The position numbers and the translations under genes are program-made. DNA of 20,000 nucleotides from Mesotaenium endlicherianum (Eukaryota): NCBI GenBank assembly GCA_009602735.1, contig WELA01002119.1:234982-254981 (forward strand), read 5' to 3'. Of the stretch, positions 10,610 through 20,000 are shown one piece after another. How positions within the stretch are numbered: position 1 is the stretch's first letter; each line of letters opens with the position of its first letter. Under the pieces are notes generated by a model. That model did not search any database. It had not been told where the DNA came from and saw nothing but the letters and a program-made list of their open reading frames with translations.

Positions 10610-11842
10610 TTAAATACGCAGCGTGTGGTTATCAGGCCTTGATCTCCAGCTACGGGTTTCACATAGCTCGCAATTGTCAAGAGCTAGAGCAAACGGCGCA
10701 CTTGTATGTGAAGCTAGCAATAGGCATAGCCTTGGCAGGCATTGCATCGGATGTTCTCGTGTCCAGTACACAGTCTCTCACACGGATCGGTGTCGGAGCA
10801 GACCAGGCAATTGTGGCGGATATCACCATCCTTCATGTGGGCCCTGAAGCTGCATGTCACACAATCAGGGCTTGGCTACGTCTCTCAGGTACAAAGCGTC
10901 GACACACAGCCAGGAGAATGAGGTGTGAAACTCCCGTTTCAGAAACATCCTCAGAAACAGGCATGCACTTGCATACAGGCCACACTAGCGGTGATACTCT
11001 GAGCAAGCATAGACAGATGAATACTTTAGCGGTACACGTAGTCATTACAAAAGAAGACTATCAAGCCCTAGCTCCATCACGCTGGGCACATATTACGATT
11101 ACGCACGCTGCGCTCTTCCATCAATGCAAGCTGGAGTGCCTAGAGTGCTCATATTGAGCTCCGTGATAGAGCTTCAGTGCCCAACGCCATGGCCCACAGC
11201 CACCATCATCCGAGTTAGTTGGAGCGTGCAAGGTTCTTGTAGTCTAGCCGATTGATTATACCTGCTGCATGGATAGTGTAACGACGATTGCAATGGTACT
11301 CCACTTGACTTCTTCAGTTTTAAGAACGTCAGCACAGGTGCAACTCGAACAAACAGGAAGATACAAACACATTCACTCTAAAAACAGGCTAGGACCAGGA
11401 GCTGCCCTATGACAACTGCAGACCTCGTGACAAAAAAGTGGGAAATATATTAGAGAATCCAGGCCTGATAAAACATGCAGGCGTCCAACATATTATTACC
11501 AGGCCAGGAGGATGGATAAAGGGTGAAGTTGGTGTAAAATGTACCTTTGCAAGTGTTTCTGTTGAAGTACGGGTAGGGAGCCATTGCACGGGTCTGCACT
11601 GAAGAAGAGCTGCGCCTCGCAAGAGAAACCACGCCTTGCAGCTCCGTGTGCGTGGCCGGGTCCCTCACACTCAATTCAGTGCAGACCCCTCGGCGACAGG
11701 AATGCGGCAGGTCCAACGCCTCGGAGGAGCACACATTGACAACGATCTTGAGGACTGCCATGAGCTTGTCATGCGATTTCGCCGCCCTCCTCCTCCTCCT
11801 CCTCCTATAGCTCTTGCTCCTCTCCGTCTGCTCATGCCCCAT
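10610..11842 (-). pseudogene. Frameshifted pseudogene of a ZZ-type zinc-finger protein (two ZZ units; possibly NBR1/p62-like); 5' extent uncertain
   Basis: After a CAG acceptor the exon starting at 10849 reads FRAHMKDGDIRHNCLVCSDTDPCERLCTG-HENIRCNAC [+1 shift] KAMPIASFTYKCAVCSS [+1 shift] LDNCELCETRSWRSRPDNHTLRI*. This matches the ZZ consensus H..I.CD.C...PI.G.RYKC..C.DYDLC..C...H. Linking it to the upstream ORF 11450..11842 is inference. Confidence 0.65.
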
Positions 11843-11936
11843 GCGCGTCGAGGTCGTTGCATGCAGGAGGAGGTGCTGCAGCAGCAGCAGACGGGTTAAT
11901 TCAAAAATAAATGGCGGGATGGCGCTTTGGGACCCA
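11811..11936. repeat. 126-bp direct repeat, copy 2 (partner at 9620-9745)
   Basis: Same alignment as copy 1. It includes the minus-strand ATG of MGHEQTERSK and about 95 bp upstream of it. Confidence 0.95.
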
Positions 11937-12182
11937 TCCGACGCACGCTACAACTATATAGCTAGCTGGGTGCACGCTGCATGCATGGTGGCGTTACGAT
12001 TGATTAAGCTATGACCTTACTCGCATATTGATTATTGCAGCCATGAAACTCTCCCGCTTCAAATTGCTGTGGCGGAGGGTGTGCTGTGCGTAGAGTGACT
12101 GGCATGTGAGGTGGGAAAAAGGAAAAGGTTGTCGGACCCACTCCACACACGCGCGGGCGGTCGGTCAGACACGAGGCTGGCT

Positions 12183-12186
12183 AAAA
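12183..12186 (-). terminator. Probable Pol III oligo(T) terminator of tRNA-Ser
   Basis: First T4 run on the minus strand lies ~54 nt past the tRNA 3' end; further T4/T5 runs are at ~12116-12126. Confidence 0.45.
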
Positions 12187-12239
12187 CAGCAACTTCGAAG
12201 AAGTCATTCGGTCCTGACTTGTCGGCAGATACGTCAGCC

Positions 12240-12321
12240 CGTGTTCGGCAGGATTCGAACCTGCGCGGGCGAAGCCCACATGATTTCTAGTCATGCCCGA
12301 TAACCACTCCGGCACGAACAC
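12240..12321 (-). tRNA. trnS-AGA: tRNA-Ser (anticodon AGA), 82 nt, intronless, long variable arm
   Basis: Reverse complement is GTGTTCGTGCCGGAGTGGTTATCGGGCATGACTAGAAATCATGTGGGCTTCGCCCGCGCAGGTTCGAATCCTGCCGAACACG. It has a perfect acceptor stem GTGTTCG/CGAACAC, discriminator G, anticodon arm CATGA-CT AGA AA-TCATG, variable arm GGGC-TTC-GCCC and T-loop GTTCGAATC. A CAA motif lies a few nt upstream. Confidence 0.98.
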
Positions 12322-12472
12322 CAGCTTGCATCATGTCTGACCAATGTCATAATCTACTATGTATTTTGCCTTTGGTCCATAGGACTCTTATTAAGTGATT
12401 GACACTCGTTCGCGCATCCTTTCAAATATTTAAATTAGCTTGGTGTCTTGGCGTTTAGGACTCCGGAATTCC

Positions 12473-15400
12473 ATGGCAGACTACGAGCATTCAACACAGA
12501 GGTTGCGCTGGCTTCTTGTCGCGCAAGATGTGGTGAGAAACTTATGCCGCTGTACTTGAACTTCATTTTTCAAAACTCGTCTAATTCGGAGTAAGGGTCG
12601 ACGCGCATGAGAGTCGATGTAACTGATGGTATTCATTCTAGGAGAGAACAAATACGACCTATCTGTACTTTTTCCTGCCTGACTATGACTATCTTTGATT
12701 TCCTCCCCCTGCCGGCAGAAGCGGAGGAGGGAAACTTCTAATAGGAGGGCTGCTGAAGCGCTACGCAAGGTGAATATCATGCATCCAAATGGCATCGTAA
12801 CACAAGAAAGTAAGAAACGAAGGGGAAGGCACTACTTGATTTTTTTTGTGTCATGCAGTTATTGAGTGTCTGCACGACTTCTACAGAGGTGCCACTTAGA
12901 ATAAGTCCACTCTGTGAAGTGACTCTGCGTACACCTTTTCTGATGGCCGTTTCTCTGCAGTTTGGGACTACTACGGTGGAGGTTAAGGCAGATGGTTTAA
13001 GGGCACCAGACAATGAAGCAGGTGAGATTCACTTGTCCACGCACGAATTTCTCAAGGGACCTGAGACGACCTCACAATGTGTTTTTCGTATGGTCAAGCT
13101 ATTGCCCACTACTTATGGAATTATAGTGATGGCAACTGAAATTTGCCCGTTCTTTCTTACAGCTGTCAAGCAAGGGGATCCATCTTCACCACTTCCTGAG
13201 CCACTCACCGTTGACGAGGAGGTTCTCCTCTGCAAATATTTCGAAGTAAAGATCCAGGCGGTGTGCTCAGCATTCAACTTTCCCATCAAGATACAGGTGT
13301 GTTTCAAGCCTTTGTGAACTGGGTGTTGATTCTTCTCTGCCTGTCTCAGCTCTTCTTGCTGCAGCTTATTTGTCTCCATACAGATCACTTAATGCAGCCG
13401 GCATACCTCCGCAAGGGAGTGCGGGGTTGTGCCATGCGGGTTGATCACATTCATGGCATGGACTAGCAAGGGCCTCATTCTAAGTTTGTCGCGATAGAAG
13501 AACTAGTGATGAACTGAGTTGACGAGGAGTCTCTAAGAAGGGGATCTTTTTTGTTCTGTCGGGGGGTAGGCGACTGCCATCACTTACTTCAAGAGGTTCT
13601 ACCTTCACTGGTCTGTCATGGAGCACATGCCCAAGCATATCATGTAAGCAACGCCCCATTTGTTCACCGTACCAGGCGCCCCCTTCTGTTCATTGTCTAG
13701 TCATGATATTTGCTGCCTACTTTCCTCCACTACCTATCTGTCCCAGCCTATCCTCGTGCTTTTTTGGGGGCAGACAGCTGATCTAAAGCTTCATTCTGAT
13801 CTCTATCACCCAAGTACAATCCAAGCTGTGTTACACAAATCCTTAAGACCAGTGTTGAACTTAGCCTTCACCTTTGCCTTACAGGTGTCACCCACCCCTG
13901 GCGTTGACGCCACCCCTGCCTTCGGGATTCTCTTGAAGGAACTTGAGATGCTGCTTCATCACATCTACATCCTCTGGTGCCAGAATGTCATAAACTGGAG
14001 AGAAAGGCCACCCCAGGTGCATGTTCCCTGAGGTCTTCCGGGGGCTCTCTGACTTCCTGGCAGCCATGTGTTGACTTTCTGACAGTGAGAAGGGGCACCC
14101 CCTTGTCCCTAGCTCAGCGCACACAGGAACACAACCTCTATGAAACATCGGATTGCACAACTGACGTCTCTTGCCTCCTCGATCTCCGTCTGCACGAGCC
14201 CTGGCAGGTTGACGTGCATCTACCTGGCATGCAAGGTGGAGGAGGTGTATGTGTCAGCGGAGGAGTTTGGCAAGGGCATCAACCAGGACCCGGAGCAAGT
14301 GCTCACCAACGAGCTCATGGTGCTGCAGGTACTCCCAGTGCTCCGTGTCCCCTCTGCCACTCATTTCACGCATCCTCTTGCAAATCCTCTCCCACTCGAC
14401 TTGCGCATGTCGGCTGACGGCGGGTCTACCTCGGCCAATCCTCGTCGGCTTTGCCACGTCGTGCCTGCTGGCCCGCCCTGCTGACTCCACATCTGCCGTA
14501 GATGAGCCCTGGTGTCAGCACTGTTAGGAGTGTGCATGCATGCGTGCACGCATGTATGTGCATGCTGGCTTCCGGGGAGTCTCTGTGTCATTCATGGATG
14601 CCGCTACTGCTACCGCTGCTGCTGCTGCTGCTGCTGCTGCAAGGGTGGTTGGGATGGATGAACAGTTGCGCCTCACATTGATTCTTTGTGCACTTCATTT
14701 CCCTTGCCCGTGAACTGATCTTGTCAGAGTGGTTGCTAGACTCGTAGGGTGCACTCAGCACACAGGGGAACTGCACACCCAAGCCTCAACGAGCCTCTCG
14801 AGCCTGACCCGAGCCTGACCCGAGCCTCCTTCTCACTTCAGAGCTCCAGCTCAGGGAGTAGAGCTTGTGTACCTGCATCAATGTGTGACGGCAACATCTT
14901 GATCTGCCCTCGTGCTTGCCCACCCGCGCCGCCGACCTGCACGTGCCAGCAGCTGGCTGTGGGGAAGCGGCGGCGAAGCACTCTCTGCTTTGCACACACC
15001 ACGTTTACAAGATCACAAGATGAGATGGAGCCACCGATGTGCTGACCCGCGCTCTCATTTGCGACCCGTTCCCTGTCATTGCTCCAGACGCTGCACTTTG
15101 ACCTCATCACGTATGCGCCCTACCGCGCTCTGGAGGGCTTCCTGATTGACATGCAGGTGTGTGCGCGCGCATCTCCCCAGCCCTGCTGCTTGTTATTCAA
15201 ACGTAACCAAATCAGACGTAAATTCCAAATCAGACGTAAAATCCATGTCCAGTTCAGACGCCAATGGCGAGCGTCAACGGTGGTGTCAGGGAGCTTCCCG
15301 GAAGTCAGGGATGAATGTGAATGCGAATGCAAGATGTGAGCACTGGGCCCTTCGTCCGCCCTCGTCGCCCGGGGTGGAGAATCTCTCCCAGTGCACCTCA

Positions 15401-18400
15401 ACGGGTTGGAGTTGCACTCGTGTTGGACAGCCCCCGAGTCAGGACTGATTGCTTCTCTAAGACGGAGAGCGGCGTTCCGGTCGCCCCCTTTCCCTCCCCC
15501 TCTCCCTCCCTCTCCCTCTTTCTCCTCTCCCCTCCCCCTCTCCCTCCCTCTCCCTCTTTCTCCTCTCCCCTCCCCCTCTCCCTCCTCCCGCAACCAGTGT
15601 TGCGAGCCCAAGCAAGGGCTGTAGGCTGCACTCCAGTGCACGCCAGGGCCAGGTAGCAAACTCCGGGGGAAAATGTGCAGTGGAAAATGTGCAGCTTCAC
15701 CTGTTGGACCGATTCTTCTTCTCTATCTCTTCTGCTGCCCATCCAAGAGCAACGAGCTGCTACGGCCTTCCCCTGACGCGGCTGCTGGCTTGGCCTGTCT
15801 GCGGGCGGCAGAGCTTCTGGGAGGCAGCGGGAGACGCCCCGCCCTCCAAGGAGCAGCTTCAGGTGCACACAATCTGGCTCCTTCACAGATCCGTCCTTCC
15901 CTTCCTGTGCTCACAGGCCGCGGCTGCACTGGGCATGTGTGTAGAGTACAAGAGGGCTGGGGAGTGCATGAACAAGCCACACTTCTCAGCTCAGGGGGGT
16001 CAGCGTTCAGCAGCTGGGATCTGGCGGTTGTTCAGTCTCTCCCCTAGTGTCTGGGGCGTGCAAAGATCCTCCAGGAAGCGACGGAAGTTTTGAGTGCGAA
16101 CTCTCTGATTCTTCTCTGGGATTTTGCAATCCGTGCCTCGGCCTCAGGGAGCGGTGTGGGGGAGGAGCGTGGGGAGAGACGGAGGATGTTTCTAGTGCGA
16201 TCTGCTCTCCCTGCTCGATACACCCTTCATCGTCTCCGCTGACACTTGCAAACTTGTTATACCAGGGTCACACATGCAGTGCCCCCCCTCGCCCTCGCGA
16301 GGGACTGATTGTACATCGACATGCCCGCACATGTGTAGGCACACATATGTATGTAAGGTGATATTATGTGATCATAGTTTTTCACGAGTGTGTGGACACA
16401 CATATGTATGTAGGGATAAGTTTTGTCATCCCGGTTTCATCCTGTATGAGCCACTGCTGTTGACTCTGCTACTTCTCTTCCACGATCGCGTGTGTGTGCT
16501 CGCCCAGAGCTACCGGGAGAAGGCCAAGGGCATTGTGGACTCCATCATGCTCACCGACGCGCCCCTCACGCACCCGCCCGGCCAGGTCAGCACACACTGC
16601 TGCTGCGCCAGCTCGTCCTCCACCCGCCCCTCTCTCCCCACTCTCTCTTTCCACTTCCTACTGCCCCTTTCAGAACTTCTGCCCCCCTTGCATTACCCCC
16701 CCCCCCTCTCCCTCAGTCCCTTTCTCTGTGCTGGCTGTCTCCTGTGCTAGTACCCATGTGCTGCTGCATTGCTGCTGACAGTCGTGCGCGGGGTGGCTGC
16801 TGGCTGCGTGACGCGTGTCCGTGCGCAGCTCGCGCTGGCAGCCCTGGGCATGGCAAACGACGCCAGCCCGGTGGTGGACATGGACAAGTACGGTATCCCT
16901 CCTCTTCCTCCTCTTCCCCCTCCCGCCCTGGCCCCCATTTTCTGTTCCCTCTCGTCTCCCCGCCTCAAATCTTCCTTCCCCTTTCAAGCCTTCTTGCGGT
17001 GCAGGATACAATGTCATACCCCACGAGTTGTGGATACTAGGTCTTGCCGAGGCAGAGGGAAGCTGTGGCAGACGCAAGCGACATGACGCGGGTGTCGCTA
17101 CGGCAGCTGCTGTACTTCCCCGGGTGGTGCTTCTAGGATGCATCTCCAAATCTTTTAGCAGCTTTCCAGCCGTCAAATGACACGTTTGCCCTCTCACCTC
17201 GCAACGCACGTGAGGCTCCTTGGGCCGCCGTACTCCAGCCCTGCGTTCCCCCCTCTGGACTGCAACAATATCACGGACACGCGCATGCGCAATGCTAACT
17301 TGTGGCGATGGCCGTACTTCATTGCACGAGTTCTTTACATTGGACTGATTGGCCTGGAGTGGCCCATCCAGAGTGGCGCAGGGCATAGCGGCCAGTCGCA
17401 GAAGAGAAGCTGACACCACAGTCTGTATCTCTGTGGCGCTGCACCCCATGATGTCGGAGCAGGTACGTGCAGAGGGCTGTGAGCAAGCGGCAGCAGCAGG
17501 GAAGCAGCGGCGGCAGCAGCAGCCACGACCAGTCGGCGGAGGAGCTGGCCAGCACCATCGCGTCCATCAAGCAGCACGTGCGCCTCTTTTGCTCCTCCTC
17601 GCTGCTGCCCTGCAATGTCATGCAATGCAATGCTGCAAGCGCTGGTGGCGTCGCGCGGTGCGTACCCAGAGGCGCTGCTGCAGCCACATGGGGAGCCCAG
17701 AGCAGCAGCAGCACCACCAGCATTAACAGCATGGCTGGCTTGTACTGCACAACCGCTCTCCTGCCCATGCCAGCTGTTCAGGCCTGCACTGTTAAGAGCA
17801 AACTGTCTGTGCTTGCTAACACCTCAAGTACCAGCATGTGATACCTGCATCACTGCGATAATATCGCAGAGCACGAGTATCTTGAAGGCTGTAAGGAACG
17901 CCCCACACAGGGTAAGAAGAAGAAGGAGAACAACGAAGCAGAAGCACTCCTGTGAGAGAGCTCTCAAAAGTCTCACAATCTATTTGGTGACAGCCCTCAG
18001 AGGTGGGCAACCTCATGCGCTGTCAAACTGCGCCATCTTTGAAGAGAGCGTCCCTTGGCCTGTCTGAGTGCGACAGGTGGCGGAAGCAGGGGAGGTGCCG
18101 CCAGCAGACGCCGTGAAGCCGCTGGACAAGAAGCTCAAGTACTGCCGCGACCCCCAGCTGTTTGCGCAAGACGAGTGAGACCTCTGGCCGCCTCTCTCTC
18201 TCTCTGACTGTGTGAATGTATGTGTGTGTGTGTGTTTTCACTCTGGTTCTACTTGTGCCTGCCTGTCTGCAGTCTGCTCTTGAGCTGAGCTGGAGGAACA
18301 AGCTCCCTCTGCACTGCCATGTCAGCACCCCCATAGCAGCTTGTTGTTTCTGAACTGCCATGTCAGCATTCCCATTCCTGCATTGCCATGTGAACGTTGC

Positions 18401-19426
18401 CGAGTCCATGGCGGGCTCTTGAGAAGCGCCGGACTGAGAATATGTGTGTGTGTGTGTGTGTGCGCGTGCGTGTGCGCGTGATATTTGCACATGGTGGGGC
18501 CCTCCTTGTGGTTGGGGGCAGGCAGAAGAGGAAGAGCCGCAAGGAGAAGCAGAAGAAGCAGAAGCGCGCGCCCCACGATGCCAAGCCCTCCTCTACGCCC
18601 CCCCTGTACGTCCCCATTGTCGCCGTCGTCATCACCCCCGTTGGTCTCCTCACGCACTCGCTTTGGCATCACACGTCTGTCTCTCCCTGTGTGTGTGTCT
18701 CAGGCCGTCTGCCAGGGTGTCCGCCGGTCAGTCTATTTCCTCCTCGGGTGCATTAGAATGGATGTCCTTGTCCGCCTCTCTTGCTGGCCTGCCCCCTTTG
18801 CTGACACCTCAGCTGGTGCTGCATACCGGTAGCTCTGCTCCCATACCTCAAAACAAAAGAGTGGAGAGGCTGGAGAGACGCAGGCTCGTCTGCACCACTG
18901 TGGACCAAAGGCAGCCATTGCATGCCATTGGCGTCCTGCTTCCCTAGTAGGTGTTATACATGGAGCTAGTTCCTCCTGTAGGGCAGGATGCAAAAGTCAC
19001 TGGTAACAACTGACAAGAGGAGCAGGTACATTGAAACGGGTCATAGTCCCGTTGCAAAGTTAGAATTTGCGCGCTTTCAACTACCCCTGCATGAGTTGTG
19101 TCAGTGAAGTGGACAGGTGGTGAAAGGGAGGGGAGGGGAGGGGAGGGGGAATACGCCAGGGTAGCATGCCCTTCATCAAAGGACAGTATGCTTGCACTCC
19201 GGCGAGAGGGTGGATCACATTCATATAATTTTTATATCCCACCTCAAGCTTTAAGGTCTCACATATTCTCCTGCGCTAGCGGTGGTGGTGGTGGTGGTGG
19301 TGACACAGGGACGCCGACGCCGACAACGACATGGACGCGCACGATCCCAAGCGGCGCCGCAGCGTGGACGTGCTGATGACGCACTCCCAGCACCAGCACC
19401 AGGAGCAGGACCAGCCCGGCTCGTGA
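12473..19426 (+). CDS. CYCH: Cyclin H (CAK/TFIIH subunit, CYCH;1-like); 14 exons, ~390 aa; last exon less certain
   Basis: Exons: 12473-12532 ([13 protein letters not shown]), 12719-12769, 12961-13021 (FGTTTVEV), 13163-13296 (EPLTVDEE...[12 protein letters not shown]), 13570-13643 ([25 protein letters not shown]), 14208-14328 ([25 protein letters not shown]), 15088-15156 ([17 protein letters not shown]), 15812-15862, 16508-16585 ([13 protein letters not shown]), 16829-16887 (LALAAL), 17463-17577, 18077-18174 (LDKKLKYC), 18522-18605, 19309-19426. All junctions are GT-AG and phase-consistent (1173 nt). Motifs are collinear with plant cyclin H. Confidence 0.95.
14602..14640. repeat. (CTG)n-type microsatellite in cyclin H intron 6
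   Basis: cgctactgctaccgctgctgctgctgctgctgctgctgc. Confidence 0.85.
14791..14828. repeat. Short tandem repeat with ~11-bp unit (gagcctgaccc)
   Basis: gagcctctc gagcctgaccc gagcctgaccc gagcct. Confidence 0.75.
15197..15260. repeat. 18-bp tandem repeat with TCAGACG core in cyclin H intron 7
   Basis: ccaaatcagacgtaaatt ccaaatcagacgtaaaat, flanked by degenerate tcaaacgtaa and ttcagacg. Confidence 0.8.
15484..15589. repeat. Pure polypyrimidine (C/T) tract of ~105 nt in intron 7
   Basis: ccccctttccctccccctctccctccc...ctccctcctccc contains no purines. Confidence 0.9.
18444..18480. repeat. (TG)n/(TGCG)n microsatellite in intron 12
   Basis: gtgtgtgtgtgtgtgtgtgcgcgtgcgtgtgcgcgtg; a further (CT)n/(TG)n pair lies at ~18192-18235. 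Confidence 0.9.
19281..19301. repeat. (GGT)7 microsatellite just before the last cyclin H exon
   Basis: ggtggtggtggtggtggtggt read directly. Confidence 0.9.
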
Positions 19427-20000
19427 CGTGGAGCGGGAGGAGCCCGCCACGTGGCAAGCAACGGCATGAAGAGGCAGTTCTGTGTGGCCGTCGTGCGGTA
19501 AGAAGGCGGGAGGCAAGGACCAGGCAGCCTGTCGGGCACCGCATCATTTGTTCCCCTCCTTGAGGGAGTCAGCCTGAGGGTTGGTTCCGAAGCGCACAGT
19601 CGAAGCGTTTGAGATCTTCCGGTGGAGCGTGTGGGTTCTGGGGCAAGATGCGGCGTGGTGCGGGCTATGTTGGGGCCGTAAGCTCGTGAGCAAGTGTGCT
19701 TGAGTCCACTCTGTGGTGGCTTTGGGATTCAAGATGTCTGCCCGTGACGGTTGCTGAGTGCAAGTGTGAGGTACGCTCTGTAGCGCCTGGGCATGGTGTT
19801 ACAGTGGAGGGGGCTGGTCGCCTGGAGCGTGAGAATGTGAATGGGTGTGCTTAAGTCGGCTGTTGGCATTAGGCTTGAGTTGGCTGGATGTTCCTCCTGG
19901 GAGCTTCGATTGCTGCAATCGCAGGGTGGGCACGTCCTTTCTCTGACGCATGTGGGCTATCTGTTCCTTGCAGGTGGCTGCTGCTTCTCATCCCCCCCCC

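Noticed and set aside
10639..11157. 172-aa plus-strand ORF
   Set aside because: Antisense to the ZZ pseudogene exon; non-ATG start and no protein-like features.
11130..11180. LKLYHGAQYE resembling the dynamin-related ARC5/DRP5 motif LYGGAQY
   Set aside because: Isolated short match with no GTPase motifs nearby; probably coincidence.
9620..11936. LTR retrotransposon interpretation of the two direct repeats
   Set aside because: No TG...CA ends, primer-binding site, polypurine tract, target-site duplication or gag/pol remnants between them.
12110..12239. Dicistronic tRNA-snoRNA in the long tRNA trailer
   Set aside because: No RUGAUGA C box; a CTGA occurs only beyond the first T4 run or immediately after the tRNA, and no terminal stem is evident.
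16330..18392. CRISPR-like reading of spaced repeats
   Set aside because: Only 2-3 short copies with irregular spacing, inside spliceosomal introns of a eukaryote, with no cas genes.
14350..19000. Numerous overlapping 60-260 aa ORFs on both strands
   Set aside because: Explained by GC-rich, microsatellite-rich cyclin H introns and antisense of its exons.

Overview
Eukaryotic, intron-rich nuclear DNA of a green plant. A streptophyte alga or early-diverging land plant is inferred from the plant-type tRNA-Ser, the SHI/STY gene, and the GC-rich exons with microsatellite-laden introns; the species cannot be determined from sequence. Left to right: (1) a decayed Ty1/copia reverse-transcriptase fragment (1-560). 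(2) A two-exon SHI/STY (SRS/LRP1) RING-like zinc-finger transcription factor (+, 2158-3587). (3) A convergent, at least 7-exon, ~730-aa acidic protein gene with no family I can recognise (-, 8943 to ~5914). (4) A frameshifted pseudogene carrying two ZZ-type zinc fingers, not visible in the ORF track (-, ~10610-11842); 126 bp of its 5' end is duplicated at 9620-9745. (5) tRNA-Ser(AGA) (-, 12240-12321), head-to-head with (6) a 14-exon cyclin H gene (+, 12473-19426). All exon models were built by hand from GT/AG sites and phase continuity, and family assignments rest on recalled motifs, not database searches. I found no demonstrable new multi-gene system. The best leads are the SHI/STY gene in a possibly algal genome, the orphan gene, the ZZ pseudogene with its duplicated 5' module, and a 5'-to-3' rise in GC along two genes.
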